Assembly (NCBI GenBank): GCA_977030845.1
Contig: OZ365118.1
Location: 21,824,001-21,888,000, forward strand
From: Fimbriosthenelais zetlandica
Lineage: Eukaryota
DNA: 64,000 bases
Direction: 5' to 3'
In this document: piece by piece, positions 1-13,600 of the stretch
How positions within the stretch are numbered: position 1 is the first letter of the stretch
How the letters are laid out: each line of letters starts with the position of its first letter
Notes under the pieces: generated by a model
What the model was told of the DNA's origin: nothing
Databases searched by the model: none
What the model saw: the letters and a program-made list of their open reading frames with translations, nothing else
Position numbers and translations under genes: made by a program

Positions 1-3000
1 TAGTCAGAAAGTTATATTTCCAAAGACTTGTGATACTCAGAATAATAATTGTGTGCAAATTTATAGCCACAAATATACTTTTCGCAAGGGTACAATTGCA
101 TTAAATGTATTTTGTGGTTCCAAATCTGATGTTCATCTGATCTTTTCGAAATTAATTACCTTTCACGGCAATAAAAAGCCTCATTCCATTTGGATTCTGA
201 TGTCAGAATACAACTGACATTAGCCCCAGGTTATGACAACAGAGGAAAGCTAACATTGATGTAAGCACATTCTCTGGACTTCTCATATTCTATGATCTTG
301 TCAATGTTAATTTGAGTTTGATTACTGGCCATAGCATCTCCCCTTACTCAGGGTGACTTAGATCTTCCCTATACCCACAGACAATGTATTTTTACTGTAG
401 AAGACAGTGACTAAACCTGTCCGCTTCATTCACATGTCCTGGGCGTCCACCATCATGTATGCTGGGTTCATGTAAGCGTGTAAGTTAAGCCATGTGTGAG
501 CTTGTAGCCAAGTGACGGGCCTTCTGTTCTCATCATAAACCAGCTACTTCACAGACGCGGCATGCCCGCCATCTACAACTTATAATGTATTAACATTAAC
601 CTGAACACAGCAGAGATTTAAACTCATGTCTACTGACTGATGAAAGTAGATTAGCTATTCAAAATCTCAATCCATTGCCAGGATTGTGTGGGTCGAGAAA
701 GTAAAAGATATAACAATGTGTGTCCTGAAAAACTACAAATTACACTGGAAATGCACTGCTACTTTAGACCCCTATGTTCTTTATGGCTTCCTGAAATGAC
801 TATAGACTAACTTAAATCATGCTTATTATGGCTGCATACGTTTAACAAAACAAAGTATAGTATCGTTCATATCCTACTATCCCATCCCATACACGCACTA
901 TGCCACCCATCCCACCCCGTCCAAGCACACTATGCCATCCATCCCATGTGTAAGCATGAGTTGCTCTTCTCTGCTGTAATAAACTCAGTGATTGTTGAGA
1001 CATGGCGTCTTGGTGAGCATTTAGTGAACACATGGCTTCTCAGTAGGCCGCCATCATGACTCAGCTCTCCACCATGGCTTCATCCCGCCTCCCTTATTTC
1101 CCGCCTCCCCACATCTTCACCAGATGAAGTATTCCCGTCTCGGTGGGATCCTGAGTAAAAATCACTTGAGTTTGATCCAAACTGGGCAGGATTGTTACCC
1201 CCGACCGCGAGGCAAACGCGTTATGACTGCCCCCTACATGAAAAGGTGAAGGGTGGATGTAGGAGGAAGGTATCAGATACTGTACACCCTCCACCTACAT
1301 TAGTTACTACTCCTACAGCTGGAGAATGCTGGGTGCAGCAAGATGACATTGAAATCAAGATACATTTGGTAAACTCCGGGCGGTTCCCTTTACTCCTTAT
1401 AAAAATCACCCACCGGATGTTTCATCTCTTTGGTTACTTAAATTCTGTCCGAAAAATTCAGATCCCGGAGTGTCTTCAACAACTTAATTTATCACAATTT
1501 CTTTAATTCAGAACAAAAAACAAGAAGTCCATTCCTTGGTATGCTCTCTTCACAGAGTGAGATAAATATTTCCCCTAGAAACAAAGACTTTCTTAAACTT
1601 GAGAAGGAATACACATGCCAAGATTCTAGTGTTTCTCTTTCAAGATAACAATAATTGACACTTTAGTCGTAAGACCACACACTTAATGAATGTCGTTCTT
1701 ATGTTTTTCAGATGCCATCAAAGCAGCTTCATAAATATTGAAGGTAAAAACCTCATTTTGTGCTCATTATTTGTATGTGTGTACTTGTTCACCTGTCGCT
1801 CTATCCTATAGGAACCCGGTACTAGATAGATAACATTTATTCATTAACACAGCTTTAATTATACACCCTTTTTCGCCCGCTTTATCCCTAACGACCGTAG
1901 ATTCGCACCTCGACCCCTATAGCGCGGTTCCTTACCCTCTAACTCATTACCCTACCCATTATCTTTTTCACTAAGTCTCCCCATCCCCCTTCCTTCCCAG
2001 TTGTTAATTGAATCAGTGATATGTATCAGGGGAACATTTAATGACATTAAAGAACATAAATGTCAGGTGGGAATGAGCTACATTTACCTGCCACCTCTAT
2101 AGAAACACTTTAAGTTACCTGGGAAATGATTACATTGCCATAGCAACCAGCTCCAGGTCCCACCTTTAATTTGCGGTGTGGTGAAATGTTAGAATATTGT
2201 AGACAGATAAAGCCGTGTGTAATTTACTGGTTTAATGTGCTGGATGGAGGGCTCAGTGTGCTGGGTTGTAAGTGCCTATAACTACACCTTAGCGCCTGAC
2301 ATCAGATATATTTGGTGGTGTATATAAATACAGGGATTGAAGGATGGGCCTCTAGTTAAGTCTGATAATGGCCAGCTCACATTACTGATCACAGATCAAT
2401 ATAATGTAGCATCTAATGGTTTTTGAGGCGAGGATCCACCAAATAAATGATTCTAGACGTCAACCCAGGCTAAAAATATTATAAACAAATGTTGGTATAT
2501 ATTGGTGCCAACTTGGAGCTTGATCATCAATAGTTAAATGATTTCTTTTAGTTTTTTTAGCAGTTAAACAATGGCGATTAGTCTGAGAGTCTTCCCAATG
2601 TTTCTAAGTCTTGAGATTCAAAGGGCATTGTCCCATCAGCCTTGAGGCTCTGTAATGTTCCCTTCATTAAATGCCCTGAAGGTGAAAGCTGGCCCCATAT
2701 TTAATAAACCCCTCCCCCTCTCCACCCCTTCCACCATCTAGCATTGTAAGCACCCATCTCCCATCTTTCAGACTGTGAGTGTTTTGTCGCTCCGTTGCTT
2801 TTCAATCGCCAGCAATTGTAAAGTAAGAAGTTGACAGTATGTAGAGGGTAGAGAAGACATCATAAATCACACAGAACGTCTCAAGTCAAATGATGTCCAT
2901 TAACATCGTGTCTGCTGGTCAGTATTAGTGACGGCATCTGCCATGTCAGGTACAGAGCCTGCAGGTGTCAACATAGAACCTGACAATAACCCAGCTACCC

Positions 3001-3461
3001 TGACAATGTCCGCGTCTATACCCCGCTAGTATAGATCTCCACCTATAGGGGCGCTATTTAATCTGTCACTCACACAGTAATTAACACGGGTCTAATCCAT
3101 CAACCACAGACACGACCAAATCAAAAATCAACCTGGTGTACCGTATAATGGCCACATGAACGCTGGGTGCGAATTAATTCTATAACAAGTACAAATATTC
3201 CCACCTGATATCCCCTAAAAACCTTTAAATATCGGTACCCAATCCCGAACGATAACCCTCAACCTCTTTCCCCTTCCTCAACCCCCATCCCCCATCCCCG
3301 ATCCGCGACCCTCGATCCTCGATCCCGGTTTTAAGCGGTTTTTTGGACGGTGGTAGCGGTGATGTAAGGTTTTACGGTAGACGCAGGAACCTCCGTGTGA
3401 ACCTCAGGTAATTGAAATCTCCTCAATAGATACTCGACAGTTCTACAGTTCTTACTAACTC

Positions 3462-3525
3462 CACTAAACTCCCCGCTCACTAACTCCCCGCTCACTAACT
3501 CCCCGCTCACTAACTCCCGCTCACT
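3462..3525. repeat. ~15-bp tandem repeat (cactaactccccgct) x4
   Basis: Direct reading of the sequence. Confidence 0.9.
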
Positions 3526-6239
3526 GTCTCTAATCTCTTTACAAGTGGCTTCATCTTCACACTGACCAGTTTGGATCTTTACAGAATAAAATGAAGCTTA
3601 CAAATTATAAAGACATCTATTATTGAGCGTGAGAAGGGAGCAGTTTGTTAATCGGGTATTACGTGGTTAATGTCCATCTAATAACACTATAGTTAAGCTG
3701 TTCTTACTAACAATACATACCTTAAGATCATTAACTGTTGGACTAGCAATTTATTACCAGAGAGATGTATTTTATACCAGTCAAAGGTCATTAACTAGGA
3801 CTAGGTGTATATCATTATCTCTCAGAACACTTTACTTCATTTGATATTCATTTATGTGATTGATCTCAAAATAATATAATACCTATGAATATCTTTAAGT
3901 CCTTTGTTTTTTCAAAGGCTGTTATAATCCGGAATATATTAGGCGATCGTCTGTTAGTCAATAATACATTGTTTTCTATCTCTTACATTGTTAGATTGTC
4001 ATATATTGTCAAGGTGTGGTTTATGATGACGTTGTAAAGATACAACCATCACATATCGTGACCAATAATACACTATAGGGACAGTGTGACAGTGTGACAG
4101 CTTTCACTGTCTCTCTTTACACTCCACTATCCACTGTTCACACTGTTACAGTGATAATACAATGAGAACGTGAACTTACCCATCTCTTATATACCTTTAT
4201 ATTACCCAACTTACTAATCTCTAAACTTACCCATCCACAAAAACTCTCATGTTAAGTCATAACTCGTCTCTCTGGAGAATCCAACTTTAGAAAATCTGTC
4301 ATTTCATCAATCTGTCCAAGCATGAACAGTGATGTAACCCTGTCTCATTCCCTATCGTCTGTCTCTCTAACCCATCCCCCCCCACCCCAGGATGCTGAGC
4401 GCGTCATGTTCCCCCTACACATATTTTCCCGGCGTCTGTGACCAAATGAGTTCCAGCACGCCATGGTATCACACACAGGAACACCTGGGAGGGCGGCCCG
4501 GCCTCGGGGCATGAGGCAATATACTCCAATTTGTACTACCTTTACTAAGTCACAAACCCCCCGGGGTAGGCCTGACGAGAGGTAACATTGTGTAACATTG
4601 AGCAGAATGACTGACGCTCTGTGTGCCACGGTTTATATAATACCCAACAAAAACCTCATTATTTAACTGAGGGTTTTTTACTCTGTTTTCTATTTTGTTT
4701 GTTCGCCACGCGTCAAATGGATGTGGATTATTTAGTTATCTGAGGGTGATAAATTGTTTCTATAAGAGAGGGGGTTCTCATGATAAGATACTATGTAAAC
4801 ACCTGAAAAAAGTTACTTGAGAAATTAAGTAAAAGAAATTTACCCAAGACGTTTATCTGTGGGACTTTTACCAAAACAAAGTTGGAAAACAAGCCAGAAA
4901 TTCCTTTTAATCCAATGATCGATGTCCATGGACTGATCTGCCTCAAGGAGGGGTTTATTTTCATGTAGACTTTATAAGTACTGATGTGTACTTTGTATTG
5001 TGATCACCAGTTTAATTCCCCACATATAGCCCCCGTCATACACCACCCTGGGGCTGGCTCTCCTCGTCTCCCTCTATGTTGTTTTTCCGCCTGGTCACTT
5101 TGATAATGATCTTTATGCCACGTGAACCCCGACATCAAAGTCCTGACGTGACGCCCAATAATTAGACCTGCTCAATAATACAAATTATTTCTAATTCTAA
5201 AACATCAATTTTCCGAACTTATATTCCAAAATCAGATAGCAGAGTACCATGTCCATCCTGCCAAATTAGGCTCATTTTATTACTTCCCTTTGAGAAAAGT
5301 ATTACTAATATACATCTATAAATATGATATGAATACCCTACTGATATGTAATAAATGTTGAGGGGCGGGGTGCCAGTCTATGGCACCCTGTTATAGGGTA
5401 AATCACGCTATCTCCCACCATAAAGGTGAGCCAGATGTGAACAGTGGTGAACAAATAATGAGATATGATAATCACTCTCATTACAGGTCTCAATCAAAGC
5501 TGTGTGGATTCACTAAATACTCTGATCTCCTCCCATTATGTGATTTATTAGTCTGTGTGATACCATGTTCATAGTCACATGATTCACACTCTTCACACCT
5601 GTAGTTAGTCCATGCTTCCAGTACATGACTGCTACCTTATAAACCCCTAAGTCCATCTTTACAATCACAATATGCTTAGGTCTAGGGGTTGTTTATAGAA
5701 CCCTCATTATTGACAATGGGGACTATGAGCACCAGCAATATTCCCCTGCCTACATCTTCTCACTTTGTCTGAATCAAAACAGATCTGCCCAGAAAAAGTT
5801 GGTTTATAGAGAAAGTTTCCCCAAGAAAGTGGTTTCCCTTCTCAGTGATTGATCCGTCATAATTGTGACCACACATCAGTCTGATTTATAAGATAGATCC
5901 CGGCTTGTAAATGGCCAGGAGATCATGATATTCACTTTATATGAATGTCCATCCATCAATGATACCATCTATACACCATTACTCCTATATAAAACCCACC
6001 TCCATCCATCTCCTATCTTTTCTTCACCTCTGATTCCTATCTGACCCTCCCTAGACCTATACATGCCATACCCTATAATTGAGATATACTTTTCCATATA
6101 CTTTTTATGGCATATTGGTATTTGAGGATTTCCAGATTTGATCTCTCAATCCTAGATCACCAAGTTGAGAATGAATACAATGTTATCTCGCCTCATCTAG
6201 ATTGCTGAGTTTGTAGTCTATACATATATCACAAACATC

Positions 6240-6428
6240 TCAACTGCTGAACCCGGGAAGCACCCATTCAGGCCTGTCCCCCTCGAAGCCACAATGGCCT
6301 ACTTTGTCAAATGCTTTTTTGATATCAATTGAAAGGCAGAGCGGCGGTAAATATGAAGTGATGGCTTTATAGATAGCCGTGATTGTGGCTTTGTGTGGTG
6401 TTAGATTGCTGGATGAAAATGTGAGCAA
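6240..6428 (-). mobile_element. Decayed non-LTR retrotransposon (LINE) reverse transcriptase fragment
   Basis: Minus-strand translation PHKATITAI...CLSIDIKKAFDKVGH-CGFEGDRPEWV matches the LINE RT pattern (F)RxxxSTxxAl...lDlxKAFDxVxH...GixGxxxxWi. Internal deletion; no YxDD region nearby. Confidence 0.6.
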
Positions 6429-7676
6429 CCAGGTGGGAGGGAAGTGGCGAGACCCTCGCCACAGTCTCGCGTGGATCGGGTCTCAGGGAATTAATAAAGA
6501 CTTTGGTAGTTCAGGATAAATCAGAGTGACATCAGGCTCTCAGATGTTGTTGTCCTCGATGTAGCAGGTCTATACAAACACATGGCATTCTCTTGTGACA
6601 TGCCATCTTCTTGCAGTCACAAATGGTGCTCTATTTGGAATACAACTTTTAAAAGAAACTTTCAAGTTTCATTGCTTCAAATTATTAGCAATAAATCTTA
6701 TGCTATTCCATTCTTTCTGAACATGTTTAAAAAAACCTGAACGAGTCGGGATGCAGACAGCACCTTTGCCTGTAATGTTTATCCACCATCTGGGGAAAGC
6801 TTCCCATGAGAAGCCTTTACCTCAGCTACAGAATAGCAAAGTGTAGTTTGAAAACGACACATCCCAATGTGGCCCAATATGTTATTAGCGATTTAGACGG
6901 TAGAGTGGATAAAGACGTTGGGTCGTCATTTTGGGGCTATTTGTGACACCTGTAGTGATGTGGTAGGTGAGAGGGTTTACCTGGCCAGGTACGGCGGTTA
7001 CCTGTAATCAGGGGTTACCTGGGATACTATTGTATACCCCTACCTTCCTACTACACCCAGCTGATTGTAGGTACACCCCGACTAAATGATGGTAGCTAGA
7101 TACTCTACTATAAAACTACCATAAACGATGGGTGGACTATTTTACAGTACATACTGTAAGGTATTGTGAGTGTACTTTCAGTTCAGGGTTGGAGGGTGAA
7201 ATAATTGTAATGTCGACACAAGTGGCATTGTCAGTTTGTTGTATGTTACCCGGCCATGTCAGTGTGTATATTCCTGCCGATTTAAGATGTTAAATTGGGC
7301 AGAGCCTGGACCTACCTCAACTGACCGATTAGATCAAATCAAGACAAAATGCCACAAGAAACGTCAAGTGATTAAGTCCCATCAGTGTGTGGATCAGTGA
7401 GGCTGAAAGGAGAGCCAGGCCTCATCTTGTACCAGACTTGTAAAGAAAGCTGCATGTGGTTGTTGTAAGGCAGAATGAAGCTTTCCACTCGGCAGGCTCA
7501 TTTTATTAAATTCCAAACCCATGCTGGTCTCTAGTCGGGCATTCAACACATTCTGCAAAGGAAAAAGATCCATAAAATGTTATGCCCCAGTTCTGTGAGT
7601 TCTACATGGGAATGTTTTTGTGTTTTTGTCCGTGTGTAAGTCAGAGTTAATATTGTGCCTCACATCAGTTCACAGT

Positions 7677-7695
7677 GGGCTCCCCCTGGCGAGGG
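7677..7695 (-). promoter_or_regulatory. Weaker CTCF-like site
   Basis: Minus strand TCGCCAGGGGGAGC; two deviations from the core. Confidence 0.25.
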
Positions 7696-10600
7696 TGGGA
7701 GGACCGGGGGACGTTTATCTTAAAGCGCTTTAGACTGCCCTCCAGTTTGATATATCACCCTTACCTATACCCACCTTGATAGACGAGCAAACGTCCCCTC
7801 AATATACAAAAGTCTATCAGAAAAACTATCCTCAAACGCTTCCAGTAAAATTTTAAACTGGAACAAATTTTTAAATGTCAAATTGGGTCTACCATGCCGT
7901 GGATTATCACAGAAATTTTTATTTTTCATTCGGATCAGATCTCCTTATCACCTATGATTTCACTAAGATTGTTTTAAATGAAGGACTTGTACAAGTCTCA
8001 CACCCACCCACCACCACCTGCATTTACCCGACCTTGATTCAGACCCACAATTACAGCTGAAGCCGCGTCCATTTTGTTTTGTGCCCAGTGAGTAATGATC
8101 AGTTGGTGGACGGGGCTCGGTGAGATGGGAGGGCATATATAGACACATATACACACCCCTGGAGAGGGGGGAGGGGGCAGTATAGACACCTGGAGGGGGG
8201 CAGGTATAGGACCTGGTGTCCAGTCATATCTGACCACCTCTAGGGGTCATTGTGGTCAGGTGAGCAGTGAAAACCACTATAGATATTGTCTGCTTACTCA
8301 GGTGGAAAACTTCTATACATTCACAAGCGGTTATACCTAGGACAACTATACATGAAACGGCTACAACCCTATCAATACCAAATGCCCTCCATCATGGGGG
8401 TTTCCCCCCAATAGATCTCGATCATGGATTGAAGTCTTGGGTGCTCAAATGCTGGGCAGTTATGCTCAGGCATTTAATGATGGATTTACAATTCCATGCT
8501 TCAAAAATGTTCAATTCCTGACTTTCATGGTCCTATTTTGCATTCGAACTCTGAGCAGTTCAGAACTGAAAGCCCATTGAAAGGGAAAGTAGCCAGAGCA
8601 GATAGACTGTCTCAGGGTTGTCCCATGTCACTGTACTGGAATAGTCTCCATATTAACCATGCACAGTGACTCTCTCAGAGTCCTCAGTCTGAGATCCCTC
8701 AGGTGGAAGGCGTCATAGCCTTCTGACATTTAAATCTGCTATGATAACCAAGTCTATGTTGTGATTTTTACCTCAACTTTTGACCCTGGAGGAATCAAAC
8801 CAAGGCTTTATAGATGAAGTCAGTATGACATATGGTCCGGACTGCAAGCCAGGCCAACTGCCTTTAACTTATCTACCACTGAGGGGGGTCAGGGGGGGCT
8901 TCTCCCTGGGGCCTTTGTTTACATGTAGCCTGTCAGGCTAATCGGGCGAATAATGCGATAAGGTCCTCAGATAATCCTCACCAAATGGTAGACGCGCTAT
9001 CAGACTAACAATAAGATACTCAAGCTCGGGTTTGTTTTTGGTGGTCATCCATGAGAATGCTGTCAACATTTCCTCCTCCTGCGAACATTCCTCCAGGTCA
9101 TCTTGAGGAAATATAATGTATCACGTGATCACTTTATCTCATATCACCACAATATATCAATATATCAATCTGCTGGAATGTTGATCAGTTATTGCTGGCT
9201 AGTTGGTTGTTGAACAGATATGATACAGGTGATATGAGGGGCTTACATTTACCATTCAATATGGTGTAAATATTATCCTTATTGCTATAGATATTGGTAA
9301 AGACTAGATCCCTTACACCACACTGCCCCATTCTATCTATTATACGTGCCTTTAAGGCCTCATTGTAACAGTCCATATTCCCTCTAATGTACCAGAACAT
9401 AGAATGTGACTCACAAATTACATTAAAAAAACTCCTGAGTGGAATTTTAACAAAGAATGACCGCGTGGCTTTGAGTGGGGGAATGAGCGGGAAGACTACA
9501 TGACTTTACATGCATGAAAACAGATGTGAAACATGTGAGAACATCTCATTCCCTGACCCACCACCTCCCCTGTTGATGTAAGAGGATAAAAAACATGCTC
9601 CTTATTTGTGATCTTCTTAAATGGAAGACAAATGAGTGAGAGTGTAGAGAGATGTGTCTATGAACCTTACCAGGGAGCGGGTGTGGGGCGGCCGGCTGGA
9701 GCCTGCGAGCTGCTCCGAGCGACTCACTCACTGAGAGAAACAAAAGATCTGTTACGTCTGACCTCTATTACTACAGCAATTTGAACAGTTTTTCTTGCAA
9801 TTCAACATTTCAAATGTCTGTAATTACTATTATCTGGGGGGAAACGAATTGGATGAGCTTTAGAAATGCATACAGATTTTACTTGTACAAGTCCTTGTGG
9901 ATATAATCTACACGAATGAGATATAATACAGTCATGTTTGTTGCACTGTTGATCTCGTACTTTACTATTTGTTTCCATGGCAATTAGTGACCTTTACAAG
10001 CCATGTCTGGACGAGCAGCAACAGTTGTTACTGTGGAGGCCGCCCCTCATCCTTCCCTTCATCATTCCCGTGAGTTCCCACCATTCCTTCCCCTCATCCC
10101 TCTACCATCCCCGAGGGGAACCACCAGGGGAAAGGTTAGAACAGGCGAGGTTCTAACGATGGACAGGCCCAGGTTTATACGTTAGTGTAGGCCAGGCCCA
10201 ATTACTTTACAGATTCTGTAATGGACTCACTCTGAAATGATTTGATTCTGAATTGGTTCAAGCTCCTAGACTCTCGAAAAGTCCTGATATTCCCTTGAAA
10301 ATTAAAAAAAGATACGAGACAAGAAGTACTAGAAATTCCTGAAGAAAGGTCTTGGGGAAAATGAAATCGTGATATTTGACTGTCAGGATTGTGTCCACTG
10401 ATTGAAAAGATTTAACTTTTACCAGTCTAACATGTGACCAGGTGTGCTCACCTTGGCCTCACCATTCATTATTTCATCAGTGCTGGTACACCGACTCCTC
10501 ACCAGGATTCACCAGCCAGTCTTTAACCAGCTTCTGCTAGGTGGAGAGAGATGGTGTTCACCAGATAAGTGTGGTGTTTTAGATGTAAAGCCTGGAGATA

Positions 10601-13600
10601 GCGGCCAGTCAGGCCGGGGCCAGCTTTATACGTACTTTACACCAGTATTCTCCTCTATTTAACCCCGTGCTTCCTCTCACCTATTTATAACGCTTTACTC
10701 TCACTAAATCATCACTTTATGTTTGATTTATTCCCCCTCAAGGGTTTAACTGCTTCGTTCAAGATAATTCCACATGATTTGACATTGAAATATTAGTCTT
10801 GAGTCAATGCCAGTATAATGATGAATGTAAACATACAGGCTCATTTCATGCCCAGCCATTCTCCTGTCAGGAACTGGGGCTTTCATGTCTGGAAAATTGA
10901 AATTTAATTGAAATAGATGAAAACCCGAGCCATTTGATTCAATTTATCGTTTGCTCAGAGCTGCTCAATTATTCTAAAAAATGCAATAATGACTAAAACA
11001 GATCCCAACCATTCCTCCTGGCCATCTATCCTTGTACTTCACGCTCTCAGATCAAGGTCCACACTTCCTATACTTGTGTCCATGATAAAGCTATATTCAA
11101 TGCCTTTTCCATGTCTTTCCCCTCATAAATAACCTCCCTGTACCCGCCGTTACATTATTTGTAACCATGGCGGTGGGGGATGTTTAGTAAACCTGTTTAA
11201 GAACTCTAACTCCACTCCTGGCCTGGTTATATAAGCATGCCCTAATCCCTGTGGACCTTCTCCTGGTACCTCGAGCCTCACATCACCTAAACTACCCGCG
11301 CCTAATATCATATTTTGATACTCTTAACTGACTGAAAGATGAGCTGAGAAGACAACAGAGGAATGTGGTAATGATTACCCTGTACCCTGCACCCCCACAT
11401 GGCTCCCATCATTCCCACGAGTCCAGCGTCCAGAGGAGAAGGACGGCAAAGCTTACAAGCTTCCGCCAAACAAACTGAGACTGGTGTTGTCCCACACTCA
11501 TCTTCTACAGATGCCCTCCCTGTATAGGTCAGCATGGGAGGTGATATTCTATATACCTACAGCTGTTTGATGTGCTCTGTCCACTGTTATTGTGGAGCAT
11601 GTATAAAGCTGGCTTTGGTAACACTGACTGATTCTGTGTAAGAATCTTTTGACCACTTGTGAGTGAACTTGATCTCTTCAGCTCAAAATATGACATATCC
11701 ACCAAAGAAATAATCTTAGATCTAGAATCCTCCCAATATATTAGGAGGATAAGAGATGACATTATTTAATCATTTGTTGTTAATAGATGAACTCATGTAG
11801 GTTACATCTGATTATTCCGTGTCTGGATCATGTCTGCATGGGGTTGGAATGAAGACAGTAGAAGGACCTGGGTTTGACATGAGGTTTGTAGTAGTATTGA
11901 GGCGTGGAGGGAGCGTCAGTGTAGATGGAGGTATAGTGAGAGTGAGATGGACCAGGTGGAGGTCTGCTGGATCCCCGCACATCTAACCCCGTGCCGTCCT
12001 CTACACGCCTCTCACAGAACGTGCGCCCGTCAATAATCATTTGTCTAAACTGCCTAATGGTAAAGGGCACAGGTTGCTGGGTCATTTATAAGGCACCAGA
12101 CTGGCTTCTCCTCGCATCCTTCACTTCCCACTATAGTCCCCTGTGGAACTTCCCTCTACATGGCCTCGAAATGGCATCATTTTCATATCTCTGTAAGGGG
12201 ATTTATTAAATGATTCATTTAGGGATTATACCTCCAATATTCATTTAGTGAGATTTTGAGGGATGATGCCTCCAATATCAAAAATCAAGAGTAGAATTAA
12301 AGAAATCCAGAGCTGGATACCTACGTTTATAGTAGGTTCTTTACAGGAGTTAATGTAAACTTGTGGTCTTCATCAGTTTAAGATTACCACTAATCTCAGC
12401 CCCCCATCTTACAATCCAGATGATCCTGATCTATAAATGCCCTCCCTGGAGCTCAGCTCTGATCACCCAGTCATTGAAACAGGTGTAAAAACAAGCTACA
12501 AACAGTCTACAAACAGTGGTCAGTGGTCAATGTTAAATAACCTCATCTAACGGTCATCTCACATAAACACACCCCCTGACCACCCACTATCCTCCCCTAT
12601 AGATGTCTGTATGATAAAGGCGGCGAGCATGAGGGAGTTAATACTCACCTTCTCGTCTTCATTATAACAATAAACACCCCTGATCTAACCCCTCTCCTCC
12701 TCCCCCAGGGTCCTATAATCTTATTAATGGTATAGGATCTCTATACAGTCACAGATGTGTGGAGGATGAGCAAACTAAACACAAGTAAACAGACGAGTAT
12801 ATATTATATATGATCAACACTCCGCCTGTTTGGAGATCTAGGTTTTTTCTCCTGTTTAGACGTGGAGGTTTGTGTTGTGGATACGTGTACATCTCGGTTA
12901 GAGTGTCTACTTCAGGTGAAGTGTTGGAGAATACTTGAGAGACGAGATGTGAGACAGAGTGAGGTGACTTTATTAGATTCAGAGTAATAAAGTCCTATAG
13001 AAAGCATGGTACTGGATCCCAAGGTGTACATGTGATACCTGCCTCGACATTCACTCAAATATATTGATTCATTCATGTCAATATTTCCACAGAGAAGTAT
13101 GTCAATGGCGAGCTTTTCCCAACCATTCTCTGACCAACAAAATATGTAAATAACAGAAATATCAGATACCTGATGAGGTTCTTTCTTATCAAGTTGATTT
13201 AACTTGATTTGGGTCAAATGATCACTGGACAAAGACTACTTTCTTATGGTCTTAACAATACTAAAACAATCCCTAAATGCGTCATGAACAAAAACGTTTT
13301 TTTCCCAAATAAGAATAGCTTAAATGGAAAGAAACATTTAGTTCTAGAGAAAGTCTGAACCCGCATACATGAGGGTAGAACAATGGTTGATTATCAATGT
13401 GACCAATATCCCACACAGCTCCCTGCTACCTACAAGTAAAACCTTTTACCAGCATGCTAACTTCACGTCAACGCCGGGTAAACTTATGATAAATGGCGGT
13501 CCCTGCCCATCACTGTATACTCTACACACAGCCTTGATGCCTACTCTTGATACCATTTCTTTATCAACACTTTCACTACCATGTGACCGGGAACCTGGTA

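Noticed and set aside
9185-9400. Faint LINE-RT-like text (RMGQCGVRD...ILNGKC)
   Set aside because: It lacks the KAFD anchor and the similarity is within chance for by-eye matching; it needs an HMM search.
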